A DNA stretch of 64,000 nucleotides, from assembly GCA_965287045.1 (NCBI GenBank), contig OZ336878.1:56482001-56546000 (forward strand). Direction: 5' to 3'. The notes below the pieces were generated by a model. That model did no database searches and was not told the DNA's origin. It saw only the letters and a program-made list of their open reading frames with translations. Both the position numbers and the translations under genes were made by a program. Source of the DNA: Carcharhinus amblyrhynchos. Taxonomy: Eukaryota. Shown here in pieces: positions 50,420-63,061 of this stretch; positions within the stretch are counted from its first letter, which is position 1, and each line of letters begins with the position of its first letter.

Positions 50420-50760
50420 GAGTCAGTCAAATGTTTCAGGAATCCCCAAGGATGTGCCAGTCAATATTTGCTGGGCTCCCTGATAGCTTGCTGGTCAATA
50501 TTTACAGTGTACCTTGATAGTGTATTGATCAATATTTGCAGGTTAGTCATTATTTGCAGTGTTCCCTAACAGTGTGGTAGTCGATATTTGCATTTTTCCA
50601 TGACCAAGTGTTCGTTGAAATTAGCAACGTTCCCTGAAAGCTAGTTGATGTTTACAGGGTGTATTAGTTGATATTTGCAGTATTCTCTGATGGGTGTTGG
50701 TCAATGTTTACAGGGTTTCCTGACAGTGTCAGAAAATATTTGCAGTGTTTCCTTGTATTT
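50420..50760. repeat. Degenerate ~30-bp minisatellite (resumes at ~51380-51540)
   Basis: Recurring gtcaatatttgcagtgttccctga-like units. Confidence 0.65.
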
Positions 50761-51084
50761 GTTATAACTTCGAATAAACAGATTTGTATCTGTCAATCTG
50801 ACAGTAAAACTTAAAGTGGTTCCAATTAAATATGTAAAGTATCCAGGAATTCTATATAAATAACCTGAGCAAATACATGTTCCATGAGAAGGTTTGACTG
50901 AAGCACAACTTGATTATTGAATCTAGCATGGTTACGGAAGAGAAGGAAGCCATTTAACCTGACATACATGATGGTGTTGCATGAATCAGACTCCTACACA
51001 TTCTCAGGAAATGCATTCCAGGTTCTAACCACCCACTGCATAAAAAAAATTCTATTGTTTCTTTGACAGGGTGTTAATGGTCAA

Positions 51085-51378
51085 AGAACCCTACAGTGCA
51101 GAAAGAAGCCCTTCAGCCCATCGAGACTGATCACAATCCCACCCAGGTCCTACCCCCATATCCCTCTCAGGATACTAAGGGGCAATTTTAACATGGCCAA
51201 TCAACCTAACCTACACATCGTTGGACTGTGAGAGGAAACTGGGGCACCCAGAGAAAGCCCACGCAGACATGAGGAAAATGTGCAAACTGCACACAGGCAG
51301 TGACCCGAGCCACGAATCGAACCCAGATCCCTGCAGCTGTGAAGCAGCAGTGCTAACCACTGTGCTACCGTGCCACCC
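51085..51378 (-). mobile_element. HE1/V-SINE
   Basis: Head gggtggcacggtagcacagtggttagc, B box ggttcgattc, V-core and tail. Confidence 0.9.
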
Positions 51379-52646
51379 ATGTATATTTGCAATGTTTCCT
51401 GAAAACATGTTGGTCATTGTTTGCTGTGTTCCCCAAGCATATTAGTTGGTATTAGCAGGGTTCTCTGTGCGTTAGTCAATTATTGCAGGGTTCCTGACTC
51501 CATGATAGCTGATATTTACAGTGTTCCCTGACGGGGATTTAAAGTTTCATAATATTGTGTAGTGATATTTTCCCTACCCAAAAATGTTAATTTTGTTTTA
51601 CTTTCATGTGTATTCAATTACAATGTGCTATCAATAGTTTTAGTTTGGAATGAATTTTTAACTGTGTATTCAAAGCTATCCCACACACTCAAAGCTATTC
51701 TATTGCACTCAACAATCCGTATTGAATATTAGAAGGTATTTAATTACTCAAGTAACACTTGAATTTGTTCAGTTTCTCATTTAATCCATAGATATTGTTT
51801 TGCTATACGCTAAAAGCTTGAGAGTGCCACCTGATCCCATAAATCTCGGAGATTATACTTCCTATCCATTCATTCTCCAGGACTTAGGTCTAAACTGCCT
51901 TAGGATGTAAATTCTTCCCATGGCCACTGTCTCCATACTCTTAAATTCTCCACCCCCCAAGACATGCTTCTCCCTCTCTCCAGCCTCTCTTCCCCCCTCA
52001 TTCTTGCCACTCCCCATTCCACCATCCTCTCCTTCTGGTCTCCAGGTCTTGGGACCTCCAAACTTGCTCCTCTGACTTCCCCAAGGCTTATTACCATGAT
52101 GCTGCTCCCATGATGATTTTTATGTTTAAAGGGCCACTTCCTGTTTTCAGCCAGCCTTGTAAGCAGAGGTCTTCAGTTGAGAGGAGGGACGAGAAGGTGG
52201 GGAGAAGAGTGCGGTGGAAGGGAAAGAAAGGAGTGGGAGGTAAATAAGAAGTGTTTGGATGGGGCATAAGGAGTGTATCAGCAGGGAGGAAAAAGAAGAG
52301 GAGGGAGAAAAAGAGAGTTGGGTGAAAGGATTGGTGGGGAGGGAGCAAAAAGTGTGATTCTTCACACTGCAGACATAATCAACTGAGACTTAGGAAAATT
52401 CTGGCTGTATATGCAGTCATATTTTGTTGTGAACACTGCAGGACGATAATTAACAACAATGTCAGTTGATAAACTGTCTTTAGGTATCACCAGCCTGGTT
52501 CTGAGTGAAAATGATAATTAAATGGTCAGTTTGGAGTGAAAGTGAAATAGAATGATAGCCAGATGCTTGCTTGTGAGTGAAAGTGGTACCAAATAATGAC
52601 AAAATGATTGCAATCAAGTGCAGTTGACATGAAATGAAAGTTGTTG

Positions 52647-55145
52647 AACAACAAAGAACAATACAGCACAGGTACAGGCCCTTCGACCCTCCAAGCCTGC
52701 GCCGCTCATGCGCCCAGATAGATCATTTGTTTGTATCCCTCTATTCCCAGTCTGTTCATGTGGCTATCTAGATAAGTCTTAAACGATTCCAGTGTGTCTG
52801 CCTCAACCACCTTGCTTGGCAGTGCATTCCAGGCCCCCACCACCTTCTGTGTAAAATACGTGCCCCTGACATCTGGTAGGCTGATAGAAAAGGTGAAGGC
52901 TCATGGGATACAAGGCCAGGTATGTAGATGGGTGGAGAACTGGCTTGGGAGGAGGAGACAGCGGGTAGTAGTGGAAGGCTCCTTTTCCAATTGGAGGTCT
53001 GTCACCAGTGGTGTGCCGCAGGGCTCGGTACTAGGACCTCTTCTATTTGTGGTATATATCAATGACTTGGAAGAGGGGGTAGGTGGTGTGATCAGCAAAT
53101 TTGCTGATGACACTAAGATGGTTGGATTGGCGGGTACTGAGGAGCAGTGCCTGGCAATGCAACAGGACATAGACAGGCTGGTAGATTGGGCAGATAGATG
53201 GCAAATGGAATTTAATCCGGAGAGATGCGAGGTGATGCACTTTGGCCGGAATAATGTGGAGGGGAGTTGTACGATAAAAGGTAGAACTATCCGGAGTATA
53301 GATACGCAGAGAGACCTGGGGGTGCAAGTGCACAAGTCCCTGAAGGTGTCGGTGCAGGTGCAGAATGTGATGAGGAAAGCGTATGGTATGTTAGCCTTCA
53401 TAGGAAGGGGTATAGAATATAAGAGTAGGAGTCTGATGTTGCAGTTGTATAGAACGTTGGTTAGGCCTCACTTGGAGTACTGCGTCCAGTTCTGGTCGCC
53501 GTACTACCGGAAGGATGTAGAGATCCTGGAGAGAGTGCAGAGGAGATTTACCAGGATGCTGCCTGGTATGGAAGGGCTGTCTTACGAGGAAAGATTGAAC
53601 GAACTTGGGCTGTTTTCCCTTGAGAGACGTCGGCTGAGGGGGGATCTAATAGAGGTTTATAAGATTATGAAGGGGATAGATAGAGTAAACGGTGGTAAGC
53701 TTTTTCCGCTATTAGAAATGGATAGAACGAGGGGTCACGGGCTTAGGGTGAGGGGGGCTAGGTATAAGACAAATATTAGAGGGCAGTTTTTCACGCAAAG
53801 GGTAGTGGGGGTGTGGAATGCACTGCCGAGTAAGGTGGTGGAAGCAGGCACGCTAGGGTTGTTTAAGAGTCACTTAGACAGCCACATGAGCGGTCTACAT
53901 ATAGGGGGATATAGCAGGCCTTACTAAATATTGTAGGCTTGGGATTCCGTTTTTGCCTCAGGGATGTTACAGTCTTTGCCTGTTTAATAATGAATTTTTT
54001 GTCTCCACAGACATTTAAGTCCACCTTGTTGACCAGCAAGGGGCATGCATGCGGCAGGTTGTAGTGGGCTGCTCTTGGATGTTGCTTCGGGAGTTGCCTA
54101 TTGCTTCATGTCGTTAGTGTGCTTAAACTGGACCATCTCGAGGGCAACATGACAGCTCAGAGACTATCTCTGTTGCTGTGCGGACACATGGATTTGGGCC
54201 TGTGTCTGTGGGAGTTTGCACGTTCTCCCCGTGGTTGCGTGGGTTTCCTCCGGGTGCTCCGGTTTCCTCCCACATCCCAAAGATGTGCTTTTAGGTTGAT
54301 TGATTGGGTAACAAATTGTCCCTATATTGGACCTCCCTGATCCTCGCACATTAGGCGTAGACTAAAATCATGAATAGGTCACTGAGACAATGGGACGGCG
54401 GCGTGGGCTCGTTGGGCCTGTTTCCCGTGCTGTGTTGTTCTTTGAAATCTGTGTTGAACCTTGCTCCCCTCATCTTGAACTTGTGACCTCTTGAGTTCGT
54501 CACCTCCGACCTGGGAAAAAGCTTCCCACTGTTCACCCTATCTATGCCCTTCATAATTGTATACACCTCTATTAGGTCGCCCCTCATCCTCCGTCTTTCC
54601 AGGAAGAACAACCCCAGTTTACCCAATCTCTCCTCATAGCCAAGACCCTCCATATCAGGCAACATCCTGGTAAACCTTCTCTGTACTCTCTCCAAAGCCT
54701 CCACATCCTTCTGGTAATGTGGTGATCAGAACTGGATGCAGTATTCCAAATGTGGCCTAACCAACGTTCTATACAGCTGCAACATCACACGCCAACTTTT
54801 ATACTCTATGCCCCGTCCAATAAAGGCAAGCGTGTCATATGCCTTCTTCACCACCCTCTCCACATGTGCTGCCACTTTTAAGGATCTGTGGACTTGCACG
54901 CCCAGGTCCCTCTGTGTGTCTATACTCCTGATGGTTCTGCCTACATTAGATCTACCGAAATGCATCACTTCGCATTCATCTGGATTAAATTCCATCCGCT
55001 ATTTCTCCGCCCAATTTTCCAGCCTATCTATATCCTGCTTTATTCTCTGACAATGTTCATCACTATCCGCAACTCCAACAATCTTTGTGCTGTCCGCAAA
55101 CTTACTGATCACACCAGCTACATCTTCTTCCAAATCATTTATATG
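52647..55145 (-). mobile_element. CR1/HER1 LINE (host copy) split into 52647-52875 and 54447-55145 by an opposite-strand CR1
   Basis: The two halves rejoin across the duplicated ATCTG; ORF pieces at 54351-54704 and 54726-54995; tail at ~52647-52700. Confidence 0.88.
52876..54446 (+). mobile_element. 5'-truncated CR1/HER1 LINE with composite V-SINE-containing 3' UTR (second copy)
   Basis: Open RT frame to the stop at 53927 (GVPQGSVLGP, FADD); 3' UTR homologous to 38670-39130; 5-bp TSD ATCTG. Confidence 0.92.
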
Positions 55146-55315
55146 AAAGCAAAATTTGTCAAGTAGTATGGAAAATTTCTAGATAGGGAAATATTAACAG
55201 GTAAAATGATTTATTAGTTTGCTTTTTCCCTGTGTAGGCATGAAACCTTAAATATAAACTACAAATTAAAACCATGAACCATTAAGTAGCATTAGTCTGT
55301 CAAGTAGAAATGTAC

Positions 55316-55486
55316 CTGGGCAAGGTTTGGATTGGCATCTGCGTGATTCTGAATGAGTGCCCGTGCAATGCCGTCCTCCATTTGCAGGCACTGGATTGTT
55401 ACAAAGTCGCAGTCGTTTCTGCACTCCCTGTCCACAGGTAACGCTACATGGCTCCCACTTCAACCATTCAGAATATCCACCATGCA
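55316..55486 (-). CDS. HMCN1: Hemicentin-1 exon (TSP1 repeat 1)
   Basis: VHGGYSEWLKWEPCSVTCGQGVQKRLRLCNNP...CP; 171 bp. Confidence 0.95.
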
Positions 55487-55651
55487 CTGAGGGAGAAACA
55501 TAGACAATGCTTGTATTGCCAATCCTTGGTATGATTTTTAATTGCATTGTGCAACAAAGTGAAAAAGCTACAGTAAATGTTTATAGTGGTTTCAGCTAAA
55601 AGAATTAATTCTCTCTTACCTTTGAGTGTGTTCAATTCACAGCTTGTGATC

Positions 55652-55935
55652 ATAGGATCATAAGAAATAGAAGTAGGAATAGAAATAGATCATATGGCCC
55701 CTTGAACCTGCTCCACCATTCATTATAATTAAGGTGAATTTTCTGTCTCAGCTCCATGTTTCTACCTACACCTCTATTCCCTGAGAGAAGAAATATTTAT
55801 CCCAGCCTTGAATATACTCAATCCGCACCCATGACCCTCTGGGATAGAGAATTCCAAAGATTGACAATTCTCTGAGTGATGGATGTCTCCTCATCTCAGT
55901 CCTAACTGATTGGCACCTCGTCCTGCTGCTATGCC
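55652..55935 (-). mobile_element. CR1 3' end fragment
   Basis: cataagaaatagaagtagga...ggccccttgaacctgctccaccattc tail; gaattccaaagatt motif. Confidence 0.7.
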
Positions 55936-56448
55936 ATGTGATCTATAATATCAGGCTTTTTCAAAGTGGGGGTCACAGCCCACACATGGGTCACAGGGAT
56001 ATTGAAACTGGGTCGCTGGGTATGCGGTTTTTTAAAAAAAAAGACATGTTCTATGGTCCTGTTCAAAACATCATGAGATGTTCTGTGATCCTGTTCAAAA
56101 AAAAAGTGGTATGTTCTGTTTATAATGTGCATTTTATAAAAGGCAGTATGGCAATTGAGGATCTCTGGACTCAAGATGATGACATGGTCAGCATGCAGAG
56201 GAAAAGCTTAGCATTGCCTGATACAATTCCTTACATAAAGTGCACATAACTTGAAAAGATAAGGTGTATTTTTAAATGTATAGTAAATCCTGTTTAGATT
56301 GTGGCTCTGGCAACAGTACTGCAGCTTGCTTGGTCAGTAGGTTGTGAGTTTCTATTTCTAGCATGTTGAGACATTAGATCAGTATGTGTGTCTAAGTGTG
56401 TAACATTCATTTATATTAGTGAAAGCATTCAAGATCACCTGCACTCAC

Positions 56449-56718
56449 CTTGCACTGTCAGAGTGATTTTGACAAGCACAGAACCCATGAGATTCCTGGC
56501 CACACACTCATATTCTGATGTGTCCTCCTTCTGCACAGCAGCAAGCCGCAATGAGTTGTTAGATAAGATTGTGATCCTGTCGTTTCCTATTAATGGCTGA
56601 CCTTGACGGGACCACTCAATGGTTGGAAGTGGCTCTCCATCTGCTTGACAGTTCAGCATCACTGTGGTGCCAGCATCAGCAACAGTATCCATGGGTTCAA
56701 CAGTGAATACTGGGGGAC
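56449..56718 (-). CDS. HMCN1: Hemicentin-1 exon (last Ig I-set domain)
   Basis: PPVFTVEPMDTVADAGTTVMLNCQADGEPLPTIEW...DTSEYECVARNLMGSVLVKITLTVQ; 270 bp. Confidence 0.95.
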
Positions 56719-57544
56719 CTAGGGAGAAAAGATCAACACTAACAAAGTGAAAGATAGAAAGATCTCAACTATTTTGCATTCTTTTAAATGGAGAAGCCTC
56801 TGGGAATAAGCCCAAGTTTTTACTGTAGGGCAAGGTTGAAAAAATACATCTGAGTACGAGTTAACAGATCTGCCAGAACCTCAGAGTACAGACGTTGAAG
56901 AATAATAAGAGTTGTTGGTAAATCAAAATAACGTGTCCAAGAAGAAGGAAGATGTGTAAGAGACACACCAGAGACAGCATACAGGGAAGTGCAAAGACAT
57001 ACTTTTTAGACAACAGTAGAGATACATTCCTCTGTGAAATGATATTTGACAGCATTGCTGGTGATTACATTGCAAAATTTCAAAAACAAAAAGATTCATG
57101 AACAGGATATGTTCAAAAAGAATTATGACTGAAATCTGATGCCAATGTAGATGAGCTCCACTTTAGTATACATTATGTATTCCTATAGAACCGTCTGTAG
57201 GTCATTCTGATATCAACATTGCACCAGTAGGTTACAAAATTCTATGTGAAGATCCCACATAGAGAGATTTCAAGGAAACAAGTTACTGTATCTATGAATC
57301 TTCTGCTTAGGCAGTCTCTTGGGATTGAGGATGACTTGTTTCCACCCTGGTTCAGTGTGTTCTGTGATGGCTGATAAGTCAGATGCATGATCTGCAGACT
57401 CTGCCACGTGGGACAACTGGTGCTTGAAAGTCCAGATTGTATGGAGGTGTTATATGATAAAGGGTAAGCCCATAAGGAGTATAGAAATGCAGCGAGACCT
57501 GGGGGTGCAAGTGCACAAGTCTTTGAAGGTGGCAGTACAAGTGC

Positions 57545-57820
57545 CTGATAAACTCTGACCTTTGTCTCAGGTTTGAGATTCTGGCCCTCAAATACTCTTT
57601 CCTTCAGTTGACCAAAGGATGAGTGAAAACATTGGAGGTGATGATTAATTTTATTGTCAATGTTGTCTTCATCAAGAGGAGGCTTCCAATTTGTGGAAAA
57701 TGGCCTACACTTTCCAAGAATTTGAAAAGTACTGATAAAGGTAGAATAAAAATCCAAGGTTTGATTACTGTGACTAACCCTAAGAATAATCAGCACGTTA
57801 TGATTTGAGCAATCTTCCAT
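57545..57820 (-). mobile_element. RTE-clade LINE fragment
   Basis: IDNKINHHLQC..SSFGQLKERVF...LKPETKVRVYQA. Confidence 0.65.
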
Positions 57821-58399
57821 TCACCCAGCTGTCCTTAGAATAGATATATCTTGTTAATATATTTTTTCTGCATGTATTCCCTATATTCAAATTTAGCTTT
57901 ATAAATTCTTATCTTCTCATTTATTATGCAAAGCACTTACAATTGTAATTGAGAGACTATAAGTGTTAATGCCTAGGTGAGACAGAAGAATAGACTAACT
58001 GCAAAATCCTTTTCTATACTAATTACATTTTTAAAAAATGTTTAATTTAAAAGTAAACAAAACTTCTGGCAGTAAAAGATCAGAGAAGAGAAAGAGTAGA
58101 AGAGAAGTGAAACAGATTCAAGGAGGGGAAGAAGAATGGACAGATGAAGAATGAGCATACGTCACTGCCAAGCAAGTTGAGGGAGGAAAGAGGGATTGAA
58201 TTCAAGTGTGAAGAGATAAGATTATAGAAGAAATCAAAAGGCTCAGGGAAAGATGAATGACTGAGGGCAGGGGATTGGAAGGGAGTTGCTGAGAGACCAC
58301 AGATAGGGACCTACTTCCCCTCTTCCACTTCCTCATCATCCACCTTCTCAGATTTAATAATTAAAAGCCTGGCTTCTGCTCCTTGTGGTTGTAGACTCC

Positions 58400-60225
58400 T
58401 CTGCTATGCCATATTGTGAAGCATGCAGCACTTGACAACTATCCTGGGAATGCTATGGAGCTCCTCCAGAATGGTCAAGATACCTTATGCATATTTTAGG
58501 ATGCCAATAGCCTCCTCTGTTGTATTGCAGGTCAACACACGGCTGTTGTACTTTTTTTTGGCCTCTGTTTGCAATGAGGGTAATCAACTGCCTCTTGTTC
58601 TCCATAAGCCAACCATAGACCTGTGCTGATGTCTAAATGAAATGGAGGCAGTTGCAAACACATAGTATAAAAGAATTATGGCAATAGCCAAGGTACACTA
58701 CACTTATATTTCACACCACCTGCACATTCAGGTAGTGGAAAGGTTTTCTGTTTATGAATGTGTCAGGTTGATAACTTGATTCCCTCATGGTGACATGGGG
58801 TGCAGTCACTAGCCGCTGTACTTGAGCGAAGCTGGCTAATCCCTGATTCTTTGGGAGTTAACGTGCTCCCTACACAAGTAAAGAGGGCATCTATATCTGC
58901 CTTGATGCGCCTGTGTGTGTAGCTGATTGTGAGATGCCACACAGATCTCCAGCTGGGCACTGGAAGAGCCAGCAGCATAAAACTTCAGAGCATTTGTGAT
59001 CTTAAGTGCCAGTGGGTGGGCAAGTAAATCGGCACACTGTAGTACCAGACCTTTTGGCTGCAAGGTATATGTCTCAGTCACCAATTCCCAGGTTAACCTG
59101 AGCTGCCTTTGGTATTCACTTACAGTCATATCCAGATATAACCTCACCAAAAAGGTACTTGACCCCTTCCAAAAGGGTACCCAACCTCTCCAGAGAGCTC
59201 CACTAGTTAACACCTTTCGCTTAAAGTTGTAACTCCCATGAAATCTTGGTGAAGAAAATTGCTTCTGATTGAAAGCAGTTGCACTTCTAAACTTTGAAAC
59301 ATCCACGCTGATGAGTTCTGTCCCAAATGGTCAGGCAGGTAAGCTGCACGTGTGGGGAGCATGCTGCAGTCATCAGCCATGTCATCGGCTGATAGTTCTT
59401 GTCGTCCAGTGGCCATTCTGCTGTTATTTTTTGTGCTGGATCAAATGCAGCAGGCACAGCGATTGCTGCAGAGCGAAGGCTTCATCACTACTGTCATTAC
59501 AGCAGACATTAACCTGAATAATTCTCTGCCTATGATCAGACTCCAGTGAATGTTAAGAGAATGGAATGCTCTTTGATTCTGGTGAAGGCAGAATTCATGT
59601 GCAGTGCTCACAAAATGATCAGTCTGCATTCAATGACACCTTGCACCAAGGGAAGCCTTGGCCTCACTTTTTCTACTTTCCTCTGGCAAGAGAAAATTAA
59701 ATCTAATTAGCTCTCAGTAGTAGTCAGAGCATAGTGACTTTCCTTAAACACCAGTGGATGACAAATAGCAGCATGCTGAAAATATTTCCAGCTGCAGTTT
59801 AGAAAGGCATAGAAGTTCATTGTCATGTTCATTGTCATAATTACTTTCACTGCTACTGGCAGTCTATGCCTTTAGTGAGGTTACAGTTGTGCCTGCATCA
59901 GGTGGCAGATTTAGGTGAGGACATCCTAATGGAAGTGCGTCTTCATTGTTTGTCACTGAGGGTCAGGAAGGGAAATTGCTCCCTGAACATTTTTGCCCCT
60001 CTCGTTTCTTCAAACCAGCATTGCATGCTAATTGACATCATGACCTGTCTATTTTGCATACTTCTGGTGGTTTCAATGCAGGTGCGCTAATGCCCTCATC
60101 AACATTGTGTTTAGTGTGGCTCAGATGCCATTATACCACTGCAAACCTCTAAAGTGTCTACTGTGCAAACAATGGCTCAACACAGGTGCAATACATGGAG
60201 TGTCTAGAATAAATTCCACCACCCA
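58400..60225 (-). mobile_element. Harbinger/PIF transposon remnant
   Basis: SEYQRQLRLTWELVTE, PLALKITNALKFYAAGS, THRRIKADIDALF (HARBI1-like); TIR-like aaattccaccaccc at ~60211. Confidence 0.7.
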
Positions 60226-60759
60226 CCTTCCCCCACCCAATCCACATACCCTGCCTTTTGGAGCAAAAGGGATTTAAAAATTTTTTTTATAGGAACAAAA
60301 TGATACAGTGTACCTTTGGCTGGCGGAAAGGGACTTCATTTGAGGTTCGAGCGTAGGATGCGTCAGGCCTCTTGATTCTAACTTGCCATTGCTCCTAAAC
60401 TCCTCAACAGTCATTTCAATGTCAGCTCACTGAGTAGTGTAGCTCCTGCAGCCTCCAATCTAATCTGTCCTAATCTTAGTCACAGCTCAGTATACATTAT
60501 ACGTACTGAAAATGGTGGTGAAGACAGCTAAGATTATTAGTCACATTTCAGCCACTGCAGAGAAGGACATCTTCAATAAAACAACATAAGATGAAGATAA
60601 ACTGTGAGGTGGTGGGATGAAGGCTGTGGACATTATTGAAAGAAACTCTTAGCAGGGAAAACAATAAAGAGAAAGAACTGAATGGATATTAGTGATCAAA
60701 GCCTTTAAAGGGAAAGGGAGCCAGATGGTGTAAGGTGGGTAGGAATTGTTGAGATAGTG

Positions 60760-63020
60760 TTGGTTACAGAACCCGTTAAAGAAATCTTCCTAGCCTTCAG
60801 CAAGTTAACTCCCAAAATTCTTTTTAACCACTTATAACTATATAATAAAGGGCACAGGCAACGAGCTATCTCAACGTTTAGGTGTTAACGTGTCACTGCT
60901 CAACACTACATTGACCCTTGGTCTGAATCATGTGCCTTCTTACATCATTTTATTGGTGATACCGTACTCAGACCCACATTAACCTTGTACTTGCCAGACC
61001 CCCTCTCCACCCACTGCCCCCAGTGTTTGTCCCATTAGATATAGGGTTACACTAGTTTATTTCATGTCTTGCATTGTTATGAGTCCTAATGCTATGCTAC
61101 TATTATTGCTATTACAGCATTAACAACAATCTCACTACCCAATCTCCCCCCTTCAAGTCCTTGAAGTTAGAGATTCAGTCTGGAGGTCTTATAACCTTTT
61201 CATATCTCATTTGCTGTTCTGTTGGGAGAGTGGCAGACTCTGGAGATTCGATTTCTTACTGTTAGATCTGAGGTTGGACTGGCATTTAGGTGTGCTTTTA
61301 CTTTTTATTTCCATTGCTTTATGTTGAACCATGCCTGGTCAGTTTAGCTGTTGCATTGATCCATAGTTGCTGTTATTCTCAATCGTTCATCGCAGGGTGT
61401 AGAGACTTGGTGTTGTCACCTTGGCATTGTTTTTTCTTCTTCACCATGTGGGTCTTCTCAAAGCCTTCTGAGGTTGAGGAAGAGTGTTCCTGTGGTGAGA
61501 AGAAGGCACCTTGGTGCATCACCTCTGTGTTTTGTTGTCAATGGTGAGAGATTGGTGCCCAGTTCCAGTATCCCTTTTGACTGTGGCATACTGTGGAAGT
61601 TGTAGCGAATGCACAGTGGTTGTTGTGTCAACCATTTGTACTATTGTTGTAGTTGGAGATAGGATTTTCTTAGACTGCTAACTATTCTCTGGTTCTGCTT
61701 TCACTGAAGGTATCATGATAATCTCGTGGATGATAATTTGGTCTGACCAGTGGGGACTTTCCAGGACCTGGAATGATAATGAAAAAAACTTGCTCAGCAA
61801 AGAGAGGAGAGCGATCGATATGAAATCTGAGTCTTTAGTGTTTGAAGACCCATGCTGTTCTGGCTGTCTAACAATGGTGGTAGTTTTGATATTCTCTACC
61901 ACTTGAAGGAAATCCAAGGCTATACAGGCATTCCTGAGAGAAAGGCTGGTTATGGATGACATCCATCAGCTTAAAGATCTGTTTGCTGCTTTACCTCGGA
62001 GGTCCTAGGCATTTGTCACAATGTTCATTAGGGACATCTGATGCTTAAAATTCATTGATTTTTAATTGAAGATCTAGCTTTGTTTCTACAAGTTAATAAT
62101 TTAAGTGTTTTGGGTCCTCTTTTTTAAGTGTTGTATTTCCTGTGAGCAGCATGCCAGTTTTCTCATCAGCTGTTGCTTTTCCTTAATGAATTCAGCTTTG
62201 GTACGTGAAAGCTGATTTTCTACACTGGTTAGCCGTTCCTTGACAGAGTATAATTTCTCCATGCTAATCTTCAAGCTCACATTCTGTAATTGCATGTCTG
62301 TCAATTATTTTTGAAACATCTCACACCTCCTTTTGTTTGCCGTTCCATGTTTTGGATTTTTATCTCTTTGTATACCTACTTGGGAAAGTAATGTTTTTCT
62401 AAAGTTTCTTCCAAAGGTGCAACTGTTTCTTTCAGTGCCGTGGTCTCATTATTGTACTCGTCAGCTTCCTCCAGAGTACTGAAGATTCTTGTACCTTCTC
62501 TGAAAACTGGCTTCTCAGCTGTTTCGAAGTTTGTATTAAATTTATTTTATCCCACTTCAAAATGTGCCAGAGGACAAACTCTGACCTGAGAGATCCTTGC
62601 AGTGTGTGAAGGTCTGTTGTTCTACCATTCCATTGCTTAAGGTAGTCTTTATTTCTTCATGCCGCTGAAGGGTTATGCACTGTGCTTGATCTCAATTTTG
62701 AAGAACAATTAGCTGTTCTTTCAACTGTTTATTTTCTTGTTTAACTCTTGATTTCTGACTCTGCGTTTCAATGTATTTCTTTGTCACTACTGATAGCTCT
62801 AATGCAGCTTTTTCTGTAGTAGCATTCAACATCTGTTAAAAATAGTTTTAAATATATACATACACAATGTAAGGGTTACAGAAAAGGCGCTATCTCTATG
62901 TTTAGGTCTTAACACTTCACTGCTCAGCACCACACTGACCACAAGTCTGGTCATGTGCCTTCTTACATCACTGTGTGAACAGTACAATACTCAGTCCCAC
63001 ATTAACCCTGTGTCTGCCTT
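60760..63020 (-). mobile_element. Non-autonomous Gypsy-derived LTR element carrying a captured coiled-coil gene fragment (ends approximate)
   Basis: Direct repeats at 60865-60995 and 62889-63018, related to the Gypsy LTR at 27.4 kb; polypurine tract AAGGGGGGAGA at 61143-61153; pol-tail-like RYEKVIRPPD just before it. Confidence 0.65.
62101..62832 (-). pseudogene. UACA/RAI14/ANKRD24-family coiled-coil fragment, disrupted
   Basis: MLNATTEKAALELSVVTKKY...VKQENKQLKEQLIVLQN*DQAQCITLQRHEEIKTTLSNGM aligns by eye with human UACA LNDTLAKTNRELLDVKKKF...IKDKNEILKRNLENTQNQIKAEYISLAEHEAKMSSLSQSM; stops and frameshifts present. Confidence 0.65.
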
Positions 63021-63061
63021 AACATGACGCTTTAGTTTAGGAAGGTCAGCTTCCCCTCAAG

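Noticed and set aside
50420-50760. CRISPR-like array
   Set aside because: Vertebrate intron; the units are degenerate, lack unique spacers, and no cas genes are present.
52794-53927. 377-aa ORF as a novel gene
   Set aside because: Chimeric: the first ~27 codons are the antisense of the host CR1, fused at the insertion junction to the inserted CR1 RT.
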